Shown: one piece after another, positions 8,351 to 16,511 of the stretch | How positions within the stretch are numbered: the first letter of the stretch is position 1 | Layout of the letters: the number at the start of each line of letters is the position of its first letter | Origin: a virus | Direction: 5' to 3' (one strand) | DNA length: 38,696 nt | Virus record (IMG/VR): IMGVR_UViG_3300013370_000001 | Location: 1 to 38,696 of that record | The notes under the pieces: model-generated | Told to the model about the DNA's origin: nothing | Seen by the model: only the letters and a program-made list of their open reading frames with translations | Databases searched by the model: none | Position numbers and translations under genes: made by a program

Positions 8351-9769
8351 ATGCAAATCCCTATCGTAAACGGTATCTATACCGATGTAACGGCGGATTA
8401 CCGCACATCATACCCGCTTAACTTGGTGCCAGTGCCAAAGCAGAACGGTATTGCTAACGGTTATCTACGCAAAGCAGATGGTATCGCTTTGTTTTGTGGT
8501 GCTGATAAAGGCGGTATTGATAGAGGTGGCATTAATTGGAATGGCGTTTGTTATCGTGTCATTGGCTCGACATTGTGGCGCATTAACGAGCAAGGGCAAT
8601 GCACTTCTATCGGCACGGTATCAGGCAGCGAGCAATGCAGCTTTGCGTACTCGTTTGACCGATTAGGCGTATCAAGTGGTGGCAAACTTTACTATCTAAA
8701 AGAGGGCAATCTTGAGCAGGTCACTAATGCCAATCTTGGCACCGTGGTCGATGTCGAGTGGATTGATGGTTACTTTGTCACAACCGATGGTGAGTTTATT
8801 ATCCAAACGGAATTAAACGACCCCACGCAAGTTAGCCCAACAAAGTATGGCTCAAGTGAAGCTGACCCTGATCCGATTATCGGCTTGATGAAAGTCCGCA
8901 ATGAGCTTGTTGTCTTAAACCGCTATACCATCGAAGTGTTTAGCAATACAGGCAGCGCAGGCTTTGCTTTTGCCCGTGTCGATGGCGCAATGATGACCAA
9001 AGGTTTGATTAGTACGCAAGGCAAATGCCTGTTTGCTCAGTCGTTCGCGTTTGTTGGCAGTGGCAAGAATGAGCCTTGCAGCGTGTATCTTGGTGCTAAT
9101 GGCGGTCTATCAAAGATTGCCACTCGTGAGATTGAGCGCATTATCTCAGAATATAGCGACGCGCAATTAGCAACCATTACGCTTGAAGCCAAAGAGCAGG
9201 AAATGCACCAGCACTTATATCTGCATCTGCCCGACAGAACACTAGTGTTTGACTTTGCAGCCACGCAAATCATGCAGCAACCGATATGGTTCGAGTTGTC
9301 ATCGTCAACCAATGGCAAGGGCGCATATCGAGCAATTAATCATGTGTGGTGCTATAACAAGTGGATTGTCGGCGATAGATTTAACAGTAATGTGGGCGTA
9401 CTCAGTAACAAGCTATCTAGCCATTATGGTGAGGCAGTTTGTTGGCAGATTGATACAACCTTTATTTACAACGGCGGTCAGTCCGGGCAAATCAAATCAA
9501 TTGAGCTTGTCGGCTTAACTGGTCGCACCAATGATATGCCAGACCCAAAGGTTTTTTTGTCATGGACAAAGGACGGATTAACGTGGTCAAACGAAAGGCT
9601 GCATCGTCAAGGTATGCGTGGACAGTACAATAAGCGCATTATTTGGCTGCGAGCCATTGGCATATTTAGACAGGCGATAGGCTTGCGCTTTCGTGGCTGT
9701 GATGACTCATTAGCGAGCTTTACAGCGATTGAGGCAGACGTGGAGGCATACGGCAATGGCGGACAATAA
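8351..9769 (+). CDS. Tail hub protein, P22 gp10-like
   Basis: 472 aa, the same length as P22 gp10. The N-terminal YPLNLVPVPKQNGIANGYLR resembles gp10 YLPVNMLATPKEILNSSGYLR. Gene order is conserved. Confidence 0.7.
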   Translation: MQIPIVNGIYTDVTADYRTSYPLNLVPVPKQNGIANGYLRKADGIALFCGADKGGIDRGGINWNGVCYRVIGSTLWRINEQGQCTSIGTVSGSEQCSFAYSFDRLGVSSGGKLYYLKEGNLEQVTNANLGTVVDVEWIDGYFVTTDGEFIIQTELNDPTQVSPTKYGSSEADPDPIIGLMKVRNELVVLNRYTIEVFSNTGSAGFAFARVDGAMMTKGLISTQGKCLFAQSFAFVGSGKNEPCSVYLGANGGLSKIATREIERIISEYSDAQLATITLEAKEQEMHQHLYLHLPDRTLVFDFAATQIMQQPIWFELSSSTNGKGAYRAINHVWCYNKWIVGDRFNSNVGVLSNKLSSHYGEAVCWQIDTTFIYNGGQSGQIKSIELVGLTGRTNDMPDPKVFLSWTKDGLTWSNERLHRQGMRGQYNKRIIWLRAIGIFRQAIGLRFRGCDDSLASFTAIEADVEAYGNGGQ

Positions 9770-10127
9770 GGTATATAAAATCCCGCGTAATATTTTGGCG
9801 GAAATGACCAATAACAATCAGCAAGCAATCGCGGCATTAGAAAACATAGAGATAACGACTGGTCGCACACCTCAGCAGATAGAGGAGTTATTGACAAGCA
9901 TTGTTAGCCTTGGCGAGAAGGCAGAACAATCCGCCATAATCGCTACACAGTCAAGCGCAATCGCTCAGCAGCTACTAAGTGACCTTGTGCCACAATTAAA
10001 CGCTGTGAGCGTACCACAAGCGCAATCAGACGCATTAAACGCGGTCAATGTATCAATCGGTCAAGACAACCACTTACAACCAGTCGGCAACCATCAAGAC
10101 TGCCCCATTCAACTCATGCCAATTTAG
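9756..10127 (+). CDS. Short tail needle / plug candidate (gp26 position)
   Basis: ATG at 9756 overlaps the gp10-like stop. N-terminus MADNKVYKIPRNIL resembles the P22 gp26 N-terminus (MAD...ILPRNVF). The rest is coiled-coil-like. It is much shorter than gp26. Confidence 0.45.
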   Translation: MADNKVYKIPRNILAEMTNNNQQAIAALENIEITTGRTPQQIEELLTSIVSLGEKAEQSAIIATQSSAIAQQLLSDLVPQLNAVSVPQAQSDALNAVNVSIGQDNHLQPVGNHQDCPIQLMPI

Positions 10128-10134
10128 GTGATAT

Positions 10135-10431
10135 ATGAAACTAATTAATAAACAGGCTGTCAATATCACGTTGGCAGCCGCAAGCAATAGTGTTTACCTG
10201 CCAAAAACTGACGCACAAATCAGAGCATTAACCATTCATAATCCGACCGCTGAACCTATCGACTTAACGATTGAAGTTAGTGGTAAATCAATGATTAAGA
10301 AAACCATTACAGCAGGCGCAACCGAGGTTATCAGCTCGCTATTTAATCAGCAATTGGTCAAAGATGAGCCATTAACCATGACAGGTGAAGGTGCTAACGT
10401 ACTACTAACAGTTGTCGAAATAACGGAGTAG
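10135..10431 (+). CDS. Hypothetical virion-module protein (98 aa)
   Basis: ATG with AGGTG SD. Tightly packed within the operon. Confidence 0.5.
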   Translation: MKLINKQAVNITLAAASNSVYLPKTDAQIRALTIHNPTAEPIDLTIEVSGKSMIKKTITAGATEVISSLFNQQLVKDEPLTMTGEGANVLLTVVEITE

Positions 10432-10433
10432 TT

Positions 10434-10859
10434 ATGGCAGTCAAGCAGGTTAAATTCGCAGACTATCAGCATGAAATTGTGCCAATGATGATGGACATGC
10501 TGCATCTTGAGCCGCAAGCCGTTGATATACCTATTCAATACTATATCAACATTGATGAGGCAGGGGTATTAAAGCCGCTGCTATGGCTTGATGGCGATGT
10601 GATAAAAGGCGTTGCTTTGATGTTTGTCTCAACGTCCATGCGTAACGAAGCATTGCTTGATGCTCAAACTGATGTGTTATGGGTTAAGCCTGAATATCGC
10701 GGCAATAGCTCAGAGTTTATTGATGGCATACGCTCGCACTTAAAAGAGATGGGCGTTCATTACTGGTATGCAGCAAGCCGTGATAGCGCACCTATAGACA
10801 GCTTTCTAACTAAAAACAACTTTAAGCCACTAGAACGGCTATTCTATTGCGAGGTGTGA
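10434..10859 (+). CDS. GNAT-like acetyltransferase-fold protein
   Basis: LWVKPEYRGNSSEFIDGIRSHLKEMGVHYWY resembles GNAT motif A (V.PeyRG.G.g..L). The size (141 aa) is typical of a single GNAT domain. Confidence 0.4.
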   Translation: MAVKQVKFADYQHEIVPMMMDMLHLEPQAVDIPIQYYINIDEAGVLKPLLWLDGDVIKGVALMFVSTSMRNEALLDAQTDVLWVKPEYRGNSSEFIDGIRSHLKEMGVHYWYAASRDSAPIDSFLTKNNFKPLERLFYCEV

Positions 10860-10860
10860 C

Positions 10861-11463
10861 ATGGGGTTTATTAAAAAAGGTTTTGACAGTATAACGGGTA
10901 AGACGGCGGCCAAAAACGCAAGTCAAGCGCAGCAGCAAGCGACCCAACAAGGCATGGAAGAACAGCGCCGCCAGTTTGACATCATGCAGCAGCTCATGAA
11001 TCCTTATGTCCAAGCAGGGCAACAAGGGTTAAGCGGTCAGCAGGATTTACTTGGCTTAAACGGCTTTGATAAGCAGCAAGGCGCTATCGGCAATATTGAA
11101 AACAGTCCGTTCTTTAAATCTCAATACCAGCAAGCAGAAAACGCACTATTGCAAAATGCAGCGGCAACAGGTGGATTGCGCGGCGGTAACTTCCAAGAAG
11201 CACTGGCAGATAATCGCTCAAACATGCTATTCAATAACGTCAATCAGCAATTACAAAACCTTAGCGGCGTGGCTGGAAACGGACAGAGCGCAGCAGCAGG
11301 ATTAGGCGGTAATGCCTTACAGTTCGGCAATAACATGGCGCAAGGTTATGCTGATATTGGTCAGGCTCAAGCAGGGTATCAGTTGGCTAAAGGTCAGATA
11401 AACTCAGGACTACTTAACTTTGGCTTAAAGGCTGGCGCAAGTTATTTAGGTGGAGGATTTTAA
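10861..11463 (+). CDS. Ejection/internal virion protein (gp7 position), Q/G/N-rich
   Basis: 200 aa of low-complexity Q/N/G-rich sequence. First of four consecutive genes in the P22 gp7/gp20/gp16 position. Confidence 0.5.
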   Translation: MGFIKKGFDSITGKTAAKNASQAQQQATQQGMEEQRRQFDIMQQLMNPYVQAGQQGLSGQQDLLGLNGFDKQQGAIGNIENSPFFKSQYQQAENALLQNAAATGGLRGGNFQEALADNRSNMLFNNVNQQLQNLSGVAGNGQSAAAGLGGNALQFGNNMAQGYADIGQAQAGYQLAKGQINSGLLNFGLKAGASYLGGGF

Positions 11464-12966
11464 ATGCAACTCGCACAAAGTTACTTACAAGGTCAGGCAG
11501 GTCCTTTCGATGGTGTGCTTGAGGCATACGGTCAAGGTCAGGTATTGCGCGAAAACAAAGATTTATTGCAAGCCAAGCAAGCAGAACAGGCGCGTAAGAT
11601 TGCAGCGCAGCAAGCACTTGAAACGATTGACTGGAACGACAAAGGCGCTATCGCTAGAACGGTGGCACAGTTCCCTGAATACACCAAAGGCGCAAAAGAC
11701 TACTACGATGCGCTGGAGCAGAAAGAGCAGCAGTCTATGCTCTATGATATGAGTACGTCTATATCGGCATTGAGCAGTGACCGACCTGATATTGCCGTCC
11801 AAAATATGCGCGATAAAGCAAATGCCTATCGTGACGCAGGCAATGAAGAAAAGGCAGAAGAATACTCGCAGATGGCTGAATGGATGGCACGTGAACCTAA
11901 AGCAGCTCAACGTGCGCTATTGATGCACTATGCTGTGCTAAGTCCTGAGAAGTCGGGGGCTAATCTTAAGGCATACGGTGAGGCAATTAGCCCGCAACGC
12001 AAAGAGGTTGATTCTGGGGATGCGATTTATAACTATCAAATCGACCCAGTGACAGGTGAGGTCGGCGGCGCTGAATGGATTGTTGATAAAAGTGCAACGC
12101 CTGATAACGTGCTTGATAATGAAACGTCACGGATTAACACCACTCAGACCAACATGGTGAGCGAGGGCAATAACATTCGCACCAATCAAACATCAGCAGA
12201 CAACAATATCCGAACCAATACAGTTAGTGAGGGTAATAATATCCGCACCAACCAAACCAGCCGCGATAATAATATCACGAGCAATCAAACAAGCCGTTTG
12301 AACGCTCAAGATGCAAATGATCTTAAAAAGTATGGTATCGACGTTAACGCTAAAAATGCTGCGAATATCTTAGAGGCTAGACGACAAGATGCGGAGATAG
12401 CCGCCAAAAAAGGCAAACATCAAACGTTTGGTGGTCAGGTTTATGTTACTTACCCAGACGGTACGGCAACCCCCGCTTTAGATAGCAAGGGAAACCCTAT
12501 CTATGACAACAAAGTCAACGTGGCAGCGCAAGGCAAAGTGCGAGAAGAAACGCAGCGTATTGAGAAGTTAAAAATCCTGATACCTGAGATTAAAACATTG
12601 CTAAATAACGCTACAGGTAGTCGCACAGGCGCAGCGATTGACGCTACAGCTAGAGCGTTTGGCAAGTCAACACAAGGCAATCAGACAACGGCGCAGCTTA
12701 AAACCTTATCCGGTCAGATGGTATCAATGATGCCGCGTATGGAAGGCCCGCAATCCGACAAAGACGTAGAAATGTATAAGGAGATGGCGGGTAACATTGG
12801 CGACCCAACCAAAACACGCGCCGAGCGTTTGGCAGCCCTTGAAACCATCGAGAAGATGAATAGTAAATATGAGGCGCTAAACAAGCGGTTAAACTCGCAA
12901 AGTAGCAGCCCGCAATCTCCTACCAGCACAAACAACGACACAAAGCGCAGCAGTTTATTCAACTAG
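11464..12966 (+). CDS. Ejection/internal virion protein (gp20 position) with internal peptide repeats
   Basis: 500 aa in the gp20 position. Carries the repeated VSEGNNIRTNQTS.DNNI(R/T)(T/S)N units. Confidence 0.5.
   Translation: MQLAQSYLQGQAGPFDGVLEAYGQGQVLRENKDLLQAKQAEQARKIAAQQALETIDWNDKGAIARTVAQFPEYTKGAKDYYDALEQKEQQSMLYDMSTSISALSSDRPDIAVQNMRDKANAYRDAGNEEKAEEYSQMAEWMAREPKAAQRALLMHYAVLSPEKSGANLKAYGEAISPQRKEVDSGDAIYNYQIDPVTGEVGGAEWIVDKSATPDNVLDNETSRINTTQTNMVSEGNNIRTNQTSADNNIRTNTVSEGNNIRTNQTSRDNNITSNQTSRLNAQDANDLKKYGIDVNAKNAANILEARRQDAEIAAKKGKHQTFGGQVYVTYPDGTATPALDSKGNPIYDNKVNVAAQGKVREETQRIEKLKILIPEIKTLLNNATGSRTGAAIDATARAFGKSTQGNQTTAQLKTLSGQMVSMMPRMEGPQSDKDVEMYKEMAGNIGDPTKTRAERLAALETIEKMNSKYEALNKRLNSQSSSPQSPTSTNNDTKRSSLFN
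12157..12303 (+). repeat. In-frame tandem peptide repeat (two ~22-27 codon units) with synonymous divergence
   Basis: The two units encode near-identical peptides but differ mainly at third codon positions (gtg/gtt, agc/agt, ggc/ggt, aac/aat, att/atc). Confidence 0.8.
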
Positions 12967-12977
12967 AGGTGTGACAA

Positions 12978-13940
12978 ATGGCAGCGTACAAAGGCAGTAG
13001 TTTATCGGACGGTACGCCGCTTAATGTGGCGGTTTACAAGGCTTATCGCAATGCAGGGCTGTCACACAGTCAGGCGTTGGCTGTAACGGCTGAGGTGGGG
13101 CGCGAGAATAGCTTTAATGCTGGTACATTATTCGGCAATCACACTGACCCCGCCGCCAGTAAAAACGGTAAGAAGATTCGCAATCTTGGTATGTTGTCAT
13201 GGAATCAAGGGCGCGACAAAATGCTTGAGGGTTACTTGGTTAAAAATGGCGTCATGAAAAATGGCGTCATGGCTAAAAATCAAGCCAACCTTAATGCGCA
13301 GGCCGCTTTTAGTGTTCGAGAAATGAAAAGCCCGAGCTACGCAAGTAAGCTCAAAAACTTTTGGGGCAATCCTAACGCCAGTCCCGACACTTACGCTAGA
13401 GAGCTTGGCAAACACTACATTGCATGGGCTTATGGTCAAGATACTATCAAGGCACAAGGCGGTGGTCGTAAGGCATTTAACTGGAAGGCTAACGACAATA
13501 GGCGCAGAGGTTATTTAAATACCCTTAGCGGCATGTTAGGCGATAAGACCAATTACGCATCGCAACCACAGTTTGAGCGTCCACAGCGTATCTCTATTGC
13601 TGAATTACAGGCACAAGAGCAGCAGTTTGCACGACCTAATCGAGTGCCTACCAGTGAATTGCAAGCAATGGAACAATCTAGCGCGTTTGAACGCCCCGAG
13701 CGTGTGCCAATTTCGCAATTACAAGGCGCTGAGCAGCCATTGTTTGAACGTCCTGAGCGAATACCTATCTCACAACTTCAAGCGACTGAGCAAGCGCCTA
13801 GCGTGTTTGAGCGACCCGATAGAGTTCCTATTGCTGAATTGCAAACACAATTTGCGCGACCTGAGCGCGTACCGATTGAGCAATTACAGGCCAATAACGA
13901 ATTAAACCCCATGCCTGAGCTTGAGCCTCAGCAAATTTAA
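12978..13940 (+). CDS. Internal virion protein with N-terminal phage-tail-lysozyme-like domain and C-terminal tandem repeats
   Basis: LAVTAEVGRENSFNAG...NLGMLSWNQGRDKML resembles the phage tail lysozyme signature (GN...ESgFnp ... G.aQW...R). The C-terminus has six FERPERVPIxELQ units. Confidence 0.55.
   Translation: MAAYKGSSLSDGTPLNVAVYKAYRNAGLSHSQALAVTAEVGRENSFNAGTLFGNHTDPAASKNGKKIRNLGMLSWNQGRDKMLEGYLVKNGVMKNGVMAKNQANLNAQAAFSVREMKSPSYASKLKNFWGNPNASPDTYARELGKHYIAWAYGQDTIKAQGGGRKAFNWKANDNRRRGYLNTLSGMLGDKTNYASQPQFERPQRISIAELQAQEQQFARPNRVPTSELQAMEQSSAFERPERVPISQLQGAEQPLFERPERIPISQLQATEQAPSVFERPDRVPIAELQTQFARPERVPIEQLQANNELNPMPELEPQQI
13242..13271 (+). repeat. Perfect 15-bp tandem duplication (KNGVM KNGVM)
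   Basis: aaaaatggcgtcatg occurs twice in a row. Confidence 0.9.
13572..13889 (+). repeat. Six in-frame tandem repeats of F(E/A)RP.R(V/I)(P/S)I..LQ, units of 13-21 codons
   Basis: Repeat units begin at residues F199, F217, F237, F256, F277 and F292 of the 320-aa product. Confidence 0.9.
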
Positions 13941-13951
13941 GAGGTAGAAAA

Positions 13952-16156
13952 ATGGCAGCCATTAAAAAAGAGCTGGTGACAAACTTAGTCAACGCATGGC
14001 AAAAACAAGCTAAATCACAAGGAAAAACGCTTGGCGGCCAAGAAATAATGATTAAGCTGCTAAAGCGTAAAGATAAGCTGGGGCAGAATATGCAAGCCCT
14101 AGTTGATAGTTATGTCGATGATGGCTCGCAAACGCCGCTTGAGGACGCTGCTAAGTTTTTTGGACTAAATGCCAGTCGTGCAAAAGGCAGCCGTGAAGCG
14201 GGTAGTGTTAAAACCAGTCCATCAGTGCTTGATACGGTTAAATCTCAAGCGGCAAGTGCAGCTATGGGCTTAGCTGATGCTGGCGCAGGTATCGTGCAGG
14301 GTAATAAATATGTCGCTGATAAAATCAATAGCGGCGTAAATAAAGTATTTGGCACCGACTTAGATACCACTGCTTATGACCGCTACAACAAAGAATACGC
14401 GCAAGCCAATGATGCGGTAGATGGCCTGCGTATCGCCGGTGGTCGTGGTGGTGGTGACTTTGTGCGCGGCGGTACTGAAATGGCGGCAACATTACCCGCT
14501 TATTTGTTAGGTGGCGGCGGTGCAACATTACCAATACGCGCAGGCCAACAAGGTTTGGTTGGTGCAGTGGTAGGCGGCGCACGATATGCAGAAGATGCAG
14601 ACCAGCGCGGCAAGAATGTACTAGGTAGCGCCATTGGTAGCGCAGTAGGGCAAGCGGGCGGTGAGTATGTGGCGCGCGGTGTTGGCAAGGCGGCAACAAA
14701 ACTAATCAATGCCAAAAAAGGCAACCTTGCACCGGCGTACAAAGAGATTGACGACTTAGGTAAGCAGTTTGATGTACCAACCACGGTTGGCGACATTAAC
14801 CGTGGCGCATTTACCAAACGCGCAGAAGTGGCGCTTGAGCAAGTGCCAGTATTGGGTACAGGTGGAGTTCGTGAGGCTCAAAACATAGCGGCAGTAAAAG
14901 CGACCAATAGCGCGGCTGACGGCTTGAAATCCAAGATGATAGCCAAAGACTATGAGAAGTTGCCGCAAATCAAAGCGGCAGCGGCAGCAGGTGATAGAAA
15001 TGCGGCTCGCGTCTTAAATATCGTTGAAACAGCAGGTGATGACGTAGGCAGAACATTGCAAGCAAGCGCAGAGGTGCGTGCGTTTAATGAGAGTAAAATT
15101 GCCTCACGCCTTTACGATAAAGTAGATGACGCTGTACGAGCGAGTGGTAATGACATTGTGACGCCTACAAAGTCAGTGGCCGCACTGGACGACGCAATAC
15201 AAAAGCAAGCGGCATCACTAGCGCCTGATGACATCTTAACCAAAGAGCTTAGCGCTATATCAGAGCGTATCAACGACCCTAATATATCAAAGAGTTTTGC
15301 CAACATGCGCTTATTGCGATCACAACTAGGCGACTTAGCAGAAAAGTATGGTAGTCCGGTTAATGGCAATAAGGCGGCGGCTAAGATTTTTGGTGATGTG
15401 CGCCAAGCAGTTGACGACGATATAGCGGATTTTGCACTAAATTCAGGCAATCAAGCCATCAAGAAAGCATACAAACGTGCTGATAAGTTCTACAAAGATG
15501 CTATGAAGCGCAGTGACAAGGCTATTGCTAATGCCATGAAAAATAATAAGCCCGACGAGATTTACAATGCTTTTGTTAAAACAGGTAAGGGCGATAGGGC
15601 TAATAACTTTTACCAAGCGTTAGATGGTAAAGGTCAAGCCGCCATCCGCTATCAAATGGCGGAGGAAGCCATTAGTAAAGCCACTAATGAAAGCACAGGT
15701 AATTTTAGCCCTGCTAAGTTTGCAGGTGAGTTTGAACGCATGGCAGAGCCTTTTGATAAGATATTCAAAGGTGATGACAAAAAGCAGATGGACGGATTAG
15801 TCAAGCTTATGCGTCATATTGAGCGAGCTGGTCAATACAAAGAAAACCCACCAACAGGAAATAGGGTAATACCGTGGCTAGTGGCGGGGACTTCTGTGGT
15901 TGATCCAGCAATGGCGGTAAGAATTGTTGGCGGTTCTGTTTTTGCTAAAGCCATGCTTACTACTCGCGCAGGTAAAAATCTATTACTCGCAGCAAACAAA
16001 CTACCTGAAACGCAGCAAGCAGCCCTTGATAATATACTTATGAACGCTGCCAAAGTTGCGGCGGCAAATGGTGCTAAAACAGGTCAGGAAGTATCTAATA
16101 GCGTAGCAGGTACAAAGGTAAGTGATGATAATAGCAAGGCGTTAACATCGTTTTAA
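13952..16156 (+). CDS. Large ejection/internal virion protein (gp16 position)
   Basis: 734 aa, Ala/Gly-rich with a glycine-rich hydrophobic segment (GGGGDFVRGGTEMAATLPAYLLGGGGATL). It is the last and largest gene of the ejection cluster. Confidence 0.5.
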   Translation: MAAIKKELVTNLVNAWQKQAKSQGKTLGGQEIMIKLLKRKDKLGQNMQALVDSYVDDGSQTPLEDAAKFFGLNASRAKGSREAGSVKTSPSVLDTVKSQAASAAMGLADAGAGIVQGNKYVADKINSGVNKVFGTDLDTTAYDRYNKEYAQANDAVDGLRIAGGRGGGDFVRGGTEMAATLPAYLLGGGGATLPIRAGQQGLVGAVVGGARYAEDADQRGKNVLGSAIGSAVGQAGGEYVARGVGKAATKLINAKKGNLAPAYKEIDDLGKQFDVPTTVGDINRGAFTKRAEVALEQVPVLGTGGVREAQNIAAVKATNSAADGLKSKMIAKDYEKLPQIKAAAAAGDRNAARVLNIVETAGDDVGRTLQASAEVRAFNESKIASRLYDKVDDAVRASGNDIVTPTKSVAALDDAIQKQAASLAPDDILTKELSAISERINDPNISKSFANMRLLRSQLGDLAEKYGSPVNGNKAAAKIFGDVRQAVDDDIADFALNSGNQAIKKAYKRADKFYKDAMKRSDKAIANAMKNNKPDEIYNAFVKTGKGDRANNFYQALDGKGQAAIRYQMAEEAISKATNESTGNFSPAKFAGEFERMAEPFDKIFKGDDKKQMDGLVKLMRHIERAGQYKENPPTGNRVIPWLVAGTSVVDPAMAVRIVGGSVFAKAMLTTRAGKNLLLAANKLPETQQAALDNILMNAAKVAAANGAKTGQEVSNSVAGTKVSDDNSKALTSF

Positions 16157-16185
16157 TTGCTAATAGCCATTCGTTTAGCTATAGT
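16157..16185 (+). promoter_or_regulatory. Sigma70-like promoter TTGCTA-17-TATAGT
   Basis: -35 at 16157-16162, exact 17-nt spacer, -10 at 16180-16185. Lies 22 nt upstream of the 16207 ATG. Confidence 0.5.
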
Positions 16186-16206
16186 TAAAGAAAAACGAGG
16201 CTTGCT

Positions 16207-16413
16207 ATGTTTATCAGTACCGCTATTCTATTTGTTGTTGCATGGTCTGCTTATTCTATTTGGGCTAAGTTGTGCGACATTGAGCAAATTTTACATAGAA
16301 TTGACACAGAGACATCGCTATCGCTACAAAGTATTGAGCAGCGGATTGACCTATTAGATTCCACGCTTGACCGCATTGACGACAATACAGACCATAGCGT
16401 AAGAAGGCTGTAA
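16207..16413 (+). CDS. Small membrane-anchored coiled-coil protein (moron candidate)
   Basis: 68 aa. N-terminal TM segment FISTAILFVVAWSAYSIW followed by an acidic helical tail. Bracketed by a promoter and a terminator. Confidence 0.55.
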   Translation: MFISTAILFVVAWSAYSIWAKLCDIEQILHRIDTETSLSLQSIEQRIDLLDSTLDRIDDNTDHSVRRL

Positions 16414-16431
16414 CCCTAAATACCCCAACAC

Positions 16432-16455
16432 ACCGCCCATTAAGGCGGTTTTTTA
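16432..16455 (+). terminator. Intrinsic terminator
   Basis: ACCGCC-cattaa-GGCGGT hairpin followed by TTTTTT. Confidence 0.75.
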
Positions 16456-16511
16456 TTGCCCACAATCCCGCCATGCGCGGGTATTTTTTTGCCTATTTTT
16501 TGGAGATTGAC

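Noticed and set aside
13572-13889. Regularly spaced repeats that could suggest a CRISPR array. The same question arises for the iterons at 34161-34255 and the 10-bp repeats at 22121-22160.
   Set aside because: The repeats are in frame within coding sequence and degenerate, with variable short linkers, or they are iteron/phased-DNA repeats. There are no 28-37-bp conserved repeats alternating with unique spacers and no cas genes.
14325-14817. Long minus-strand ORFs (124 aa and 105 aa) antisense to the 734-aa ejection protein gene. Similar shadow ORFs occur at 3681-3938, 9607-9897, 11563-11910, 15112-15450, 24428-24817 and 29468-29803.
   Set aside because: Each lies entirely inside a longer, operon-consistent ORF on the other strand. 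They lack SD sequences and have odd compositions (Cys/His/Arg/Leu-rich), as expected of antisense frames of Ala/Gly/Gln-rich genes.
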